Below the pieces are notes generated by a model. The model made no database searches, had not been told where the DNA came from, and saw nothing but the letters and a program-made list of their open reading frames with translations. From positions 113,754-177,753 of the forward strand of contig JBFYTF010000172.1 in the NCBI GenBank assembly GCA_041300865.1: DNA of 64,000 nt. The letters run 5' to 3'. Source of the stretch: Anaerolineae bacterium. Its GTDB lineage: Bacteria > Chloroflexota > Anaerolineae > JAAYZQ01. Below, piece after piece: positions 26,459 through 35,799 of the stretch (position 1 is its first letter; each line of letters opens with the position of its first letter). The position numbers were made by a program, and so were the translations under genes.

Positions 26459-27925
26459 ATGGGGATTACCATCGTTGGGCTGGGCCCTGGCGACCCCGCC
26501 CTGTTGACCCTTCAGGCCTGGGATTTGCTCTCTAAGGCGGGCGAGGTCTATTTGCGGACGCGGCGGCACCCGACGGTTGTCGGCCTGCCGCCCGGCGTTG
26601 TGCTCCACAGTTTTGACGACCTCTACGATCAAGCGCCCGACTTCAGAACGGTCTATGACGCCATCGCCGGGCAGATCCTGACCCTGGGGCGTCGGCCCGA
26701 AGGCGTGGTCTATGCCGTGCCGGGCCATCCCCTCGTGGGCGAGGCCTCGGTGCAACGCATCTTGCAGGCGGCGGCCGCCGAAGGGCTGCCGGTGCGCCTG
26801 GTCGACGGTCTGAGCTTTGTCGAGCCGGTGCTCGATCTGCTGGGCCTCGACGCGCTGGCGGGCCTGCAATTGGCGGATGCGACCAACCTGGCCGCTGCGC
26901 ACCATCCTCCCCTCGACCCTGACCGGCCCGCTCTCATCGGGCAGCTGTATTCTCGCCGCCTAGCGAGCGAGGTCAAGCTGACCCTCCTCAACGCCTACTC
27001 CGAGGAACACCCGGTTACCCTGCTGCGGGCTGCAGGCAGCGGCGAGGCAAGCCGGGTCACCGTGCCCCTCTACGAGCTGGATCGCCGTGACGAGGTGGAC
27101 CACCTCACGGCGCTCTATGTGCCGCCCGTGCCAGGGGATCGTGGCGCGGGGCTGGCCACCCTGCAAGAGACGGTCGCCCGCCTGCGGGCGCCGGACGGCT
27201 GCCCTTGGGACCGGGAGCAGACCCACCGCTCGCTGCGCTCCACCCTTCTTGAGGAAGCCTACGAAGTGCTGGCGGCCCTCGACGCCGAGGACGACGAGAA
27301 ACTGGCCGAGGAGCTGGGCGATCTACTGATGCAAGTCGCAATGCACGTCCAGATCGCAACGGAGGAGGGCGCCTTTCGCTTTGCCGACGTAGTTGGCCGC
27401 ATCGACGCCAAGCTCAAGCGCCGCCACCCCCATGTTTTCGGCGACGTGCAGGTGACGGACGCGGATGAGGTGCTGCGCAACTGGGAAGCTATCAAGGTCG
27501 AGGAGCGACTGGCTGGCGCCGGTGCCGGCCAGGGGCCCTCACCGCTGGGCGGCGTGCCGCCCATTCTACCTGCCCTCGCCCGCGCCCAAGCCCTGGGCGA
27601 GCGGGCCGCGCGGGCCGGATTCGACTGGCCCAGTCTCGAGGGGGTCGTGGCCAAAGTGGCAGAGGAGGCGGGTGAGCTGGCCCTGGCGGGCGATGAAAAG
27701 GAGCGCGAGGAGGAGTTCGGTGACCTGCTCTTTTCCCTGGCGAACCTGGCGCGCTGGCACAAGGTTGATGCCGAGATGGCACTGCGGGAGGCCGCCGACC
27801 GCTTCACCCGCCGTTATACCCGCTTGACCGAGCTCCTGGCCGTCCGCGGCAGCGACCTGCAGCAGCTGACCTCGTCCGAGCGCAAGGCGTTGTGGCAAGA
27901 GGCCAAGCCGGCGGAAGAGGCATAG
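26459..27925 (+). CDS. MazG-family NTP pyrophosphohydrolase fused to N-terminal tetrapyrrole-methylase-like domain (YabN-like)
   Basis: The N-terminus is 'ITIVGLGPGDP' (TP_methylase). There are two MazG repeats ('CPWDREQTH.SL...EE.YE', 'EEFGDLLFSL'). Confidence 0.85.
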   Translation: MGITIVGLGPGDPALLTLQAWDLLSKAGEVYLRTRRHPTVVGLPPGVVLHSFDDLYDQAPDFRTVYDAIAGQILTLGRRPEGVVYAVPGHPLVGEASVQRILQAAAAEGLPVRLVDGLSFVEPVLDLLGLDALAGLQLADATNLAAAHHPPLDPDRPALIGQLYSRRLASEVKLTLLNAYSEEHPVTLLRAAGSGEASRVTVPLYELDRRDEVDHLTALYVPPVPGDRGAGLATLQETVARLRAPDGCPWDREQTHRSLRSTLLEEAYEVLAALDAEDDEKLAEELGDLLMQVAMHVQIATEEGAFRFADVVGRIDAKLKRRHPHVFGDVQVTDADEVLRNWEAIKVEERLAGAGAGQGPSPLGGVPPILPALARAQALGERAARAGFDWPSLEGVVAKVAEEAGELALAGDEKEREEEFGDLLFSLANLARWHKVDAEMALREAADRFTRRYTRLTELLAVRGSDLQQLTSSERKALWQEAKPAEEA

Positions 27926-27980
27926 ATCCGGGGACAACCGGCAACGATCGTTTTCACAGCCCGCCCGTGCCACGTAGGAC

Positions 27981-28009
27981 TTGACAACGGCGTTCGAACC
28001 GAGTAAAAT
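27981..28009 (+). promoter_or_regulatory. Consensus sigma70-type promoter of the large glycan operon
   Basis: TTGACA-17 nt-TAAAAT, ~135 nt upstream of the NusG-paralog start. Confidence 0.7.
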
Positions 28010-28144
28010 GCAGTGCGTGCGTGATAGACCGATCCCCATTCTCATAAGGCGTCTCGTCGCAGCAAGTATCGCAGGCCCAGCAGAAAGGATGCCCTCGGGG
28101 CAGCCTCTCCGCTTATGGGCAAGGGGAAAAGGGAAAACGACTCG

Positions 28145-28633
28145 ATGATGCACTGGTATGCGCTCTATACTCAGCCGCGCAAAGAACGACAGGTGCACGG
28201 CCTGTTGGAGGAGCGCGGCTTCGAGACCTATCTGCCCACGGCACGGCGCAAGGTCCGACGGCGTGACCGCCCAGACATCATCGTCTATTTCCCCTGTTAT
28301 CTCTTTGCCCGCTTGGACTTTGATATCACGCCACAGTCGTCCATTGCTTGGATGCCCGGCATCCGGCGCATCGTCAGCTTTGGCGACCAAGCCGCGGTCG
28401 TACCTGAGGCGCTCGTGGATTTGATCCGCGAGCGCCTACGCGACGTGGATGATGTGGGTTACCGGCGTCTAAAACAGGGAGACCGTGTCCGGTTTAGCAC
28501 TGGGCCGCTCCGCGACCTGGAGGCCATCTTCGATCGGCCCCTGTCATCCACCGATCGCGTTCGCGTGCTCTTGAACGTCATGGGCCGCATGACGGCCGTT
28601 GACACCGATTATAGCGCCATCGCGCCCCTCTAG
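28145..28633 (+). CDS. Specialised NusG paralog (RfaH/UpxY/LoaP-like transcription antiterminator)
   Basis: 'MMHWYALYTQPRKERQVHGLLEERGFETYLP' is an NGN-type N-terminus. 'KQGDRVRFSTGPLRDLEAIFD' is a KOW-like motif. It is ~162 aa, with no secE/rplK neighbours, and it is the first gene of a polysaccharide operon. The alternative start is 28115. Confidence 0.8.
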   Translation: MMHWYALYTQPRKERQVHGLLEERGFETYLPTARRKVRRRDRPDIIVYFPCYLFARLDFDITPQSSIAWMPGIRRIVSFGDQAAVVPEALVDLIRERLRDVDDVGYRRLKQGDRVRFSTGPLRDLEAIFDRPLSSTDRVRVLLNVMGRMTAVDTDYSAIAPL

Positions 28634-28821
28634 ATCCTGGCGCCGCGCAACGCGGTGCTGTACAGGGCGTCTGGCCCTTTGGTAAAGACGGCACACCGCT
28701 GGCCGTCCCTATATGTTGTCCTGAGTCTGGCACAGCGATGTGCCAGATCGGCGGAGCCTGCCCAGAGAAGGCGTGAGGCCCGGCCGGCTGCCGCGAATTG
28801 ATCCGCGAGGTGAAGAGGCTT

Positions 28822-29841
28822 ATGAAGGCACTGATCACGGGGGGAGCAGGCTTTATCGGCAGCAACCTGGCCCAGCGGCTGATAGAGCAAGGCCACCAGG
28901 TGACCGTCTACGATAACCTGTCGCGCCGGGGTGCAGCCCGGAACGTCGACTGGCTGCGGGCAAGCTATGGGGCGCGCTGGGTGCTGCTGAAAGCCGATGT
29001 CCGCGACATGGATGCGCTGCGCTCCGCCGTGGCGGATGCCGAGCTGGTCTATCACCTGGCCTCCCAGGTGGCCGTCACCACCTCCGTTGAGGATCCTCGC
29101 CACGACTTCGAAGCCAATGCCCTGGGCACATTTAACGTCCTGGAGGCCGCGCGGCTCTCACCCACGCCACCCATTGTCCTCTACGCCTCGACAAACAAGG
29201 TCTATGGTGGCATGGAAGACGTGGTCGTCGTGGAGCGCGAGCACGACTATGCCTACCGCGACTTTCCCCAGGGCATCCCGGAGACGCACCCCCTTGACTT
29301 TCACTCGCCTTATGGTTGCAGCAAAGGCGCCGGGGATCAGTACGTCCGCGATTACGCCCGCATCTATGGTCTGCGTACGGTCGTCTTTCGCCAGAGCTGC
29401 ATCTATGGCACACGCCAGTTCGGCGTCGAGGACCAGGGTTGGGTGGCCTGGTTCCTCATCGCCGCCGTGACCGGCCGGCCCATCACCATTTATGGTGACG
29501 GCAAGCAGGTGCGGGATGTGCTCTGGATCGACGACCTTCTCGACCTGTACCAGGCGGCCGTGGACGGCATTGAAGCTGCCGCCGGCCAGGTCTATAACGT
29601 CGGCGGCGGCCCGGAGAACACTCTGGCCGTCTGGACCGAGCTGGGGCCCATGCTCCGGGACCTTCTAGAAGGCGACGTGCCCGTCGCCCGGGCTGGCTGG
29701 CGACCCGGCGACCAGCGCATTTTTGTGGCCGACATCCGGAAGGCAGAGCGCGAGCTGGGCTGGCGGCCGCGTGTCGGCAAAGAGGAAGGCGTGCGCCGCC
29801 TATACCGGTGGGTTGTTGCGCACAAGGATTTATTCGACTGA
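28822..29841 (+). CDS. Extended SDR, CDP-paratose/tyvelose 2-epimerase-like (RfbE family)
   Basis: GGAGFIGSNL, 'STNKVYG', 'DFHSPYGCSKGAGDQY' and 'GDGKQVRDVL' are colinear with the tyvelose epimerase sequence as I recall it. The ATG at 28822 follows GAAGAGG. Confidence 0.75.
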   Translation: MKALITGGAGFIGSNLAQRLIEQGHQVTVYDNLSRRGAARNVDWLRASYGARWVLLKADVRDMDALRSAVADAELVYHLASQVAVTTSVEDPRHDFEANALGTFNVLEAARLSPTPPIVLYASTNKVYGGMEDVVVVEREHDYAYRDFPQGIPETHPLDFHSPYGCSKGAGDQYVRDYARIYGLRTVVFRQSCIYGTRQFGVEDQGWVAWFLIAAVTGRPITIYGDGKQVRDVLWIDDLLDLYQAAVDGIEAAAGQVYNVGGGPENTLAVWTELGPMLRDLLEGDVPVARAGWRPGDQRIFVADIRKAERELGWRPRVGKEEGVRRLYRWVVAHKDLFD

Positions 29842-29852
29842 GGTCACTGGGC

Positions 29853-30830
29853 ATGAACATTCTCGTGACGGGTGCAGCCGGTTTCATTGGCAGCCAGGTC
29901 GCTGCCCTCCTCCTTGACGGAGGCCACGCCGTTACCGGTGTCGACAACCTGAACGACGCCTACGACGTCCGCCTGAAAGATTGGCGCCTGGCGCGCCTCC
30001 AGAACCGGCCCAACTTTCGCTTTCAACGGCTCGACGTTGCTGACCGCCAGGCCCTGCACCCGTGCTTTTTGAAGCAGCGTTATGACGCAGTGGTGAACCT
30101 CGCCGCCCGGGCCGGCGTCCGCCCCTCGGTGCCCAACCCGTGGGTCTATGTCGAAGCCAATCTGACTGGCACGCTCAACCTGCTGGACATGTGCCGCGAG
30201 TTCAAGGTGGGCAAATTCATCTTGGCCTCCACCTCCAGCCTGTACGGCGCCAACAACCCGCTGCCCTTTCGCGAAGACGCCGACACCGACCGGCCCCTTT
30301 CGCCCTACGCCGCCTCCAAGAAGGCGGCCGAGGTGATGTGCTACACCTACCACGCGCTCCACGGACTGGACGTGACCGTCTTTCGCTACTTCACGGTCTA
30401 TGGCCCCGCGGGGCGGCCCGACATGAGCCCCTTTCGCTTCGTGCAGTGGATCTACGAGGGACGGCCGGTGACCGTCTACGGCGACGGGCGCCAGTCCCGG
30501 GATTTCACCTACGTGGACGATATCGCCCGGGGCACCGTGGCCGGACTCCGGCCCCTGGGCTACCAGGTCATCAACCTCGGCTCCGACCAGCCGGTGGTCC
30601 TGATGGACCTGATACGCCTGGTGGAGGATCTAGCCGGCCGCCAGGCCCACCTGCAGTTTCGCGCCGCCCACCCGGCCGACGTGCCGGCTACCTGGGCGGA
30701 CATCGGCCGCGCGGAGCAGTTCCTCGGCTGGCGACCGCAGGTGACCTTTCGCCAGGGAGTGGAGCACCTGGTGCAGTGGTACCGCGACAACCGCGACTGG
30801 GCGCGCGAGATCGACACCAACGGCGGATAG
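29853..30830 (+). CDS. Extended SDR, UDP-glucuronate 4-epimerase-like
   Basis: 'VTGAAGFIGS', 'DNLNDAYDVRLK', 'YAASKKAAE' (YxxxK) and 'RYFTVYGPAGRPDM' are hallmarks of the Cap1J/WbnF/LpsL group. Confidence 0.8.
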   Translation: MNILVTGAAGFIGSQVAALLLDGGHAVTGVDNLNDAYDVRLKDWRLARLQNRPNFRFQRLDVADRQALHPCFLKQRYDAVVNLAARAGVRPSVPNPWVYVEANLTGTLNLLDMCREFKVGKFILASTSSLYGANNPLPFREDADTDRPLSPYAASKKAAEVMCYTYHALHGLDVTVFRYFTVYGPAGRPDMSPFRFVQWIYEGRPVTVYGDGRQSRDFTYVDDIARGTVAGLRPLGYQVINLGSDQPVVLMDLIRLVEDLAGRQAHLQFRAAHPADVPATWADIGRAEQFLGWRPQVTFRQGVEHLVQWYRDNRDWAREIDTNGG

Positions 30831-30896
30831 AGAAAACGACGATAGTGATCCCGTGCGGCGAATGACTTGAGCGAGGCGTGTACAAGTGGCCGTAAA

Positions 30897-31862
30897 ATGG
30901 AAACCGTTCACTCCCTGACAGCTTCCTTGCAGCCTCTAAAACCCTGGGGTGCCCTGGTCCTGCGCCTCATCCAGCCCATTGCTATCCGCACAACACCTCG
31001 GGGCCTGCCGCGATTACTGTGGCTGACGCGTCATACGCTTTTTGGTGACGGCCCGCGCATAGCCTGGTATCGGAGACGCTTTCGTTGTGCTTACGATTTT
31101 GGTTCATACTACGGCATCATGACGGCCTGTGGCTTTATCCATCGAGCTGTAGACCGTCTGCTAGAAAGACTGATCGCGGCCCAGGACGGCGACGTCTGTT
31201 TTGTCGACGCTGGAGCCAATACAGGCCTTGTCTCTTTTCTTGCCTGTAGCAGCGTCAACGACCACTGCCGTGTTCATGCCCATTGTTTCGAGCCGGATCC
31301 GCGCTCTTTTCAGTGGCTCGCGCTAAATGCTTCACTGAACTCCTATCAGCTCAGTCTCAACAACAATGCCCTGGGTGCCGCTCCGGGGTCGGCTATGCTG
31401 AGCCTGGCTTCTGAATCATGTCGATCCACGCTGTTGCCGCAACCCGAAGGCGGATTTTCTTTCACGTCGACGGAGGGCGAGGAGCGAGTAGATGTCACGA
31501 CGCTTGATATCTACTGCGGGCGGAGAGGCTTGGTGCCGCACATCATCAAAGTCGACATCGAAGGTTATGAATCCATGGCGCTGGAAGGTGGTGCTCATAC
31601 TCTTCGCTGCGCCCGGCCCTACCTCATTTTGGAGATCAATCCGGCTACTTTAGCTGCGGCCGGCAGCTCTCCTTCCGCGCTCCTGGCAAAACTCCGTGCG
31701 CTTGACTATACCATCCTCCACATCGATGCCTCCCAGGTTGGCCTAACGGAACGGGAGATCCGTGACAGGCCCCAATGGCTGGAATATCCTTATGTGAGCA
31801 GTCGCGTTGAGTCATCTGGTTGTTTGTTCGACGTCCTGGCGATTCCTTCCGAAAAGGCATAG
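30897..31862 (+). CDS. FkbM-family SAM-dependent methyltransferase
   Basis: 'FVDAGANTGLVS', 'CFEPDPRSF' and 'IIKVDIEGYESMALEG' match the FkbM family. The gene is visibly lower in G+C than its neighbours. Confidence 0.75.
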   Translation: METVHSLTASLQPLKPWGALVLRLIQPIAIRTTPRGLPRLLWLTRHTLFGDGPRIAWYRRRFRCAYDFGSYYGIMTACGFIHRAVDRLLERLIAAQDGDVCFVDAGANTGLVSFLACSSVNDHCRVHAHCFEPDPRSFQWLALNASLNSYQLSLNNNALGAAPGSAMLSLASESCRSTLLPQPEGGFSFTSTEGEERVDVTTLDIYCGRRGLVPHIIKVDIEGYESMALEGGAHTLRCARPYLILEINPATLAAAGSSPSALLAKLRALDYTILHIDASQVGLTEREIRDRPQWLEYPYVSSRVESSGCLFDVLAIPSEKA

Positions 31863-31882
31863 TACCAGCTGCAAGGTCCTGA

Positions 31883-33211
31883 ATGATCCCGCAGGTCGTG
31901 CGACCGGAAAAGTCCTTTCTTCATCAGACGCTCCAGACGGCCGGTACCAACGCCATCGTGATGGGCTTTGGCATTGTGACTGGCATGCTCTCCGCTCGCC
32001 TGTTGGGACCGACTGGCCGCGGCGAGTTGGCTGCCATTCAGGTTTTTCCGACGCTGGTCTCAGTCATCGGCGTCCTGGGTGTTGCCGACGCTCTAGTCTA
32101 CCTTGTTGCCAGAGAGCCGCGGGAGGGTGGGAGGTGGCTGGCTTCCGGAATGGCCCTCACGACCCTGGCCTGCATTCCCTTTGCCTTGGGGGCTTACCTG
32201 GTGATGCCCGTGGTGCTCAGGGCACAATCGCCGGCAGTGGTCGAAGCGGCGCGGTTTTATCTGCTCCTGGTCTTGCTCAATGCGACGGTGGGGTTGCTCA
32301 CCCATCCCATGCAGGGGCTCGGCAAGCTCACGCAGTGGAACATCATGCGCCTCTTGCCCGCCTTGGTCTGGTTGGTCTTGCTGCTTCTGGCCTGGGTTCA
32401 GGGTGAGGCCGGCGCTGCAGGGCTGACCAGGAGCTATGTCCTCGGCTATGCAACCCTGGCGCTGCCGTTTGCCCTGATCGCACTGCCCAGGCTTGCGCGT
32501 CCCTTCAGAATAGAGCCTCGGCGATGGCAGCCGCTCCTGCGCTACGGCCTGCCCTCAGTGCTGGCCTATGTCCCCGGCATGCTAAACGTGCGCCTGGACC
32601 AGATGCTGATGGCCGCGTTTCTGACCGCCGAGTCGTTGGGCCTGTATGCGGTCGCCGTCGCCTGGAGCGGTGCTTTGCTCCCCTTGCTCTTGCAGGCCAT
32701 TGGGAGCGTTCTCGTGCCCAGGATCGCCTCCACGCAGCTAGATCCGGAGCAGCAGAGTACCAGGCTAGGCAAAGGGGCACGCCTGGGGGCGGCCGCTATT
32801 CTGCCTGCTCTCCTAATCCTGGCGCTGATCACTCCTCTTCTCCTGCCTCTCCTCTTCGGCGCCGCCTTTTCCCGGGCGGTTCCCGCGGCCCTTGTCCTAC
32901 TCGTCGCCGCTGCCTTCAACGCTATGAACGAAGTGCTGCGGGCCGGGTTGCGAGGCTTGGGCTTTCCAGGAGACGTTCTGTGGGGTGAGCTGCTGGGGCT
33001 CGTCGTTACGGCTGTCTGCCTGGCGCTCCTGCTGAGGCCCCTGGATCTCATGGGTGCCGCGATTGCTTCTCTGGCAAGCTACTTTGTGGTCATGATCGTG
33101 CTTTCTCAGCGTGTGGTCCGCCGCACGTCCCTGCGCTTCAGCGACCTGCTACCCCGATCCTCGGAGGTTTGGGACTCGTTGTCGCGTGCATGGGCGGGAC
33201 ATTTCCGGTAG
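31883..33211 (+). CDS. wzx: Wzx-type oligosaccharide flippase (MOP superfamily)
   Basis: 442 aa with ~12 hydrophobic helices. The N-terminus 'LQTAGTNAIVMGFGIVTGMLSARLLGPTGRGELA' is typical of polysaccharide biosynthesis/flippase proteins. Confidence 0.75.
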   Translation: MIPQVVRPEKSFLHQTLQTAGTNAIVMGFGIVTGMLSARLLGPTGRGELAAIQVFPTLVSVIGVLGVADALVYLVAREPREGGRWLASGMALTTLACIPFALGAYLVMPVVLRAQSPAVVEAARFYLLLVLLNATVGLLTHPMQGLGKLTQWNIMRLLPALVWLVLLLLAWVQGEAGAAGLTRSYVLGYATLALPFALIALPRLARPFRIEPRRWQPLLRYGLPSVLAYVPGMLNVRLDQMLMAAFLTAESLGLYAVAVAWSGALLPLLLQAIGSVLVPRIASTQLDPEQQSTRLGKGARLGAAAILPALLILALITPLLLPLLFGAAFSRAVPAALVLLVAAAFNAMNEVLRAGLRGLGFPGDVLWGELLGLVVTAVCLALLLRPLDLMGAAIASLASYFVVMIVLSQRVVRRTSLRFSDLLPRSSEVWDSLSRAWAGHFR

Positions 33212-33222
33212 GGATTGCTCCG

Positions 33223-34725
33223 ATGCGAAATGCCGCTGCGCTCTTTCTTTGCTTGCTCCTGGCAGCCGCCCTGCTGTTTTCGGGCGACCTCCTCGTCGCT
33301 GCGCTTGATCGCAACCTGGGCCACCTCCTTCTCCTCGGCAGGCCCGGCCCCTGCGGCGACGGGTTCTCCTCGCCGGCCGTGGGGCATCTTGAACAGGCAG
33401 CGCGCCTGCAGGCCGCCGGCCCGTCCGCCTGGCGCACCCTGTTGAGAGTGAAGGGGTGGAGCGACCGGCAGTGGATCCGCACTGCATTGGGACCGTCGCC
33501 GCAGGAATGGGTTGATCGCGGCGCTTTGCTCCAGGCGGCCGAGACCCTGCGACCTTCCTCATGGGCCATGGAGCAGTCCTGGACGGAGGAGCGTTGCCGA
33601 GCGGCCTGGGATGCATGGACCGTTGGCCTGGTGTGGGCCCTCGACGGCCGCTGGGCCCAGTCTGTGGCCGCCTACCAGGCCGGCATCGCTCTGGCACCCG
33701 GGCGCGTGCCGGCCGAGGTCCTCAGTGAGTACTATCTCGCCCTGGCGCGGCACGTTTTATCGGCCTCGGACCTGTCTGCGCCAGAATCCCTGGCGGCAGC
33801 CAAATACCTAGCCCTGGCTGGCGAACGGGCCGAAGCCGCGGAGCGATTCGAGGCTCTGCTGAATAGCACCGACCTTGACTCCGAGCAGGCCTGCCAGGTG
33901 GAGGGCTGGCTCCGCTGGGAAGGAGACAGCAGCCTGCTGCCCGGTCCGGGTGTCTGCGGATCGCATGGCAGTGACGCGACATGGGCGCCTGGCTGGGACC
34001 TGTCGGCGGAGAGCACTACTGCCCGCGAGGCTCCTGCCTCGGGAGGCGGGGCCGCCCGAGGCCGACTCTGGAGCCTGGATCTGGACGCAGAAGTCCTGGA
34101 AGCCGGCGCCGAGGTGTTGGGCACCCTCTACTGGCGGACATCCGATGGGGAGATGTCCCTTCAACATTTCCGGCAGCCCAACCTCTGGCCCAACAGCGGT
34201 GCCTCGTGGCTTCCCCTGGAAGGCTTTACCACGTGTCTGCCCGGCTACATGGAACCGGGCTGGGTACTTACCTGCGCAGGCAGCCAGGCCGACTCGCACG
34301 ACGTATCCAATGCAGCCGGAGCGGGCTCCCCGGTAGGTAGGGTACACGTGCCCGCCGACGAGGGTCCCGACACCTTTATTTCGACAGCGAGTGTCCTCGT
34401 CCCAATGGGTCGGGCGATGATTTACGGTGGTCGCTGGCGGCTGAGGGGCGATCTTCCCGGCGCCAGGATGGCGCGCTATGGCGGCGACAGCCAAGACCCA
34501 AGGGCCTATTACGAGGTCCTCCTCGAGCTGGGGACCTTGCCTCGTTCGGGTGAGTTCACTAGTCAGGCCCGCCTGATTCCGGAGCTTCCTTGGAGCCAGG
34601 AGTTCGTGGGCTGGATGCATCCACGCCACCAGGTGGGCAAGGGAGACCTCGAGTTCGACGACGTCTTTGCCTTCGTGCTCCCGGCAGCAGGGACCGCTTC
34701 TCCAGAGGAAGGAGAGCCTGATTGA
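33223..34725 (+). CDS. Hypothetical exported/anchored protein, no family recognised
   Basis: 500 aa. The N-terminal signal/anchor is MRNAAALFLCLLLAAALLF. It has a Trp-rich helical N-half with a TPR-like stretch and a beta-rich C-half. It is tightly packed between wzx and a GT2 gene. Confidence 0.6.
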   Translation: MRNAAALFLCLLLAAALLFSGDLLVAALDRNLGHLLLLGRPGPCGDGFSSPAVGHLEQAARLQAAGPSAWRTLLRVKGWSDRQWIRTALGPSPQEWVDRGALLQAAETLRPSSWAMEQSWTEERCRAAWDAWTVGLVWALDGRWAQSVAAYQAGIALAPGRVPAEVLSEYYLALARHVLSASDLSAPESLAAAKYLALAGERAEAAERFEALLNSTDLDSEQACQVEGWLRWEGDSSLLPGPGVCGSHGSDATWAPGWDLSAESTTAREAPASGGGAARGRLWSLDLDAEVLEAGAEVLGTLYWRTSDGEMSLQHFRQPNLWPNSGASWLPLEGFTTCLPGYMEPGWVLTCAGSQADSHDVSNAAGAGSPVGRVHVPADEGPDTFISTASVLVPMGRAMIYGGRWRLRGDLPGARMARYGGDSQDPRAYYEVLLELGTLPRSGEFTSQARLIPELPWSQEFVGWMHPRHQVGKGDLEFDDVFAFVLPAAGTASPEEGEPD

Positions 34726-35681
34726 GTGGCACGACGGGCAGGGTCGAAGGCCTCGACCCTGATCATCCCCTGTTCAGCATCATCATCCCGGCGCGCAACG
34801 AGGCCGCAGACATTGCCGCTACCCTGGATGCCTGCCTGGCCATGGACTGGGACCCCAAAGAGATCATCGTGGTCGATGATTCCGTAGACGAAACACCGCT
34901 CATCGTCGCCGGCTACGCGGACCGGGGCGTGAAGTTGATCCATCGCGAGTTGAACCGCAACGGCTGCTGCGGTGCCCGAACGCTGGGGATGCAGCGTGCA
35001 CAGGGCGAGATCGTCGTCGTCTTGAACGCGGACGACCGCCCACGTCCCGACTTTCTGCAGCGGCTCTACCCTCACTACCAGTCAGGAGCCGACTATGTTG
35101 TCGTGCGCTCCACCGTCCTCAACCAGGACGTTCTGTGGGGCAAGTTCGCGGCGGCAACGGGTGCTCTCGCCGAGAGCACGACCGCTGATCCAGAGTGGAG
35201 TGAGGGCTTTTCCTGCCGCCGGAGTGCAGCCGCCCAGGTGGGTTACTTCCCCGGCGATTTTCCGGTCCCGTTCTGCCGTGACTACTTGCTCGGCGTGGCT
35301 CTGAACCTGGCCGGGTTCAAGAAGGTCGTCGACGCCAGCATTTCGGTCGAACACGTCGTCCCGTCGACTCTGGCGAGCTATTGGCGAAACCAGGTCTGGC
35401 GTGGAGGCATCACTGCCCCGTTTCTGCACTATATTCGCCGGCTGCCCTGGTCGACTGTTGCGCTGCGCGAGTGTCTGAAAGCCGGGCGCCGCGTGGCCTC
35501 GTACCTGCTCGTGGTGCCCGCAGCGTGGCGGGCGGTGCGTCTTGCAAGCTACGGGCCGGGCGGCCGGCGAGACTTTCCCAGGATGCTCGTCGCGAGCCTG
35601 GTCCAGGATATGGCGCTCATTGTCGGTGGCTTCAAGGGACTAGGGCGCGTGCGAGGGGCGATGCGGACGGGGCAGCGATGA
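34722..35681 (+). CDS. Glycosyltransferase family 2
   Basis: 'FSIIIPARNEA', 'VVDDSVDET' and 'VLNADD' are GT-A motifs. The TTG start overlaps the upstream stop (TTGA) and follows GGAAGGAG. Confidence 0.8.
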   Translation: MSGTTGRVEGLDPDHPLFSIIIPARNEAADIAATLDACLAMDWDPKEIIVVDDSVDETPLIVAGYADRGVKLIHRELNRNGCCGARTLGMQRAQGEIVVVLNADDRPRPDFLQRLYPHYQSGADYVVVRSTVLNQDVLWGKFAAATGALAESTTADPEWSEGFSCRRSAAAQVGYFPGDFPVPFCRDYLLGVALNLAGFKKVVDASISVEHVVPSTLASYWRNQVWRGGITAPFLHYIRRLPWSTVALRECLKAGRRVASYLLVVPAAWRAVRLASYGPGGRRDFPRMLVASLVQDMALIVGGFKGLGRVRGAMRTGQR

Positions 35682-35799
35682 GCAGTGCAAACCTCCTCGC
35701 GTGTTGGCCCTTGGCCCGAACACCGCTGGACCCCACGGCCGGCATGCCCCCAGAGCCCCGGGGCCAGGGCAGCCTGATCCGCCCCATGGGCAGCTTTCG

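Noticed and set aside
28010-28144. RfaH-type ops (GGCGGTAGnnTG) / JUMPStart element in the operon leader.
   Set aside because: No match was found. The closest string is GCAGTGCGTGCGTGATAG, and its similarity is too weak to call. The recruitment element remains unknown.
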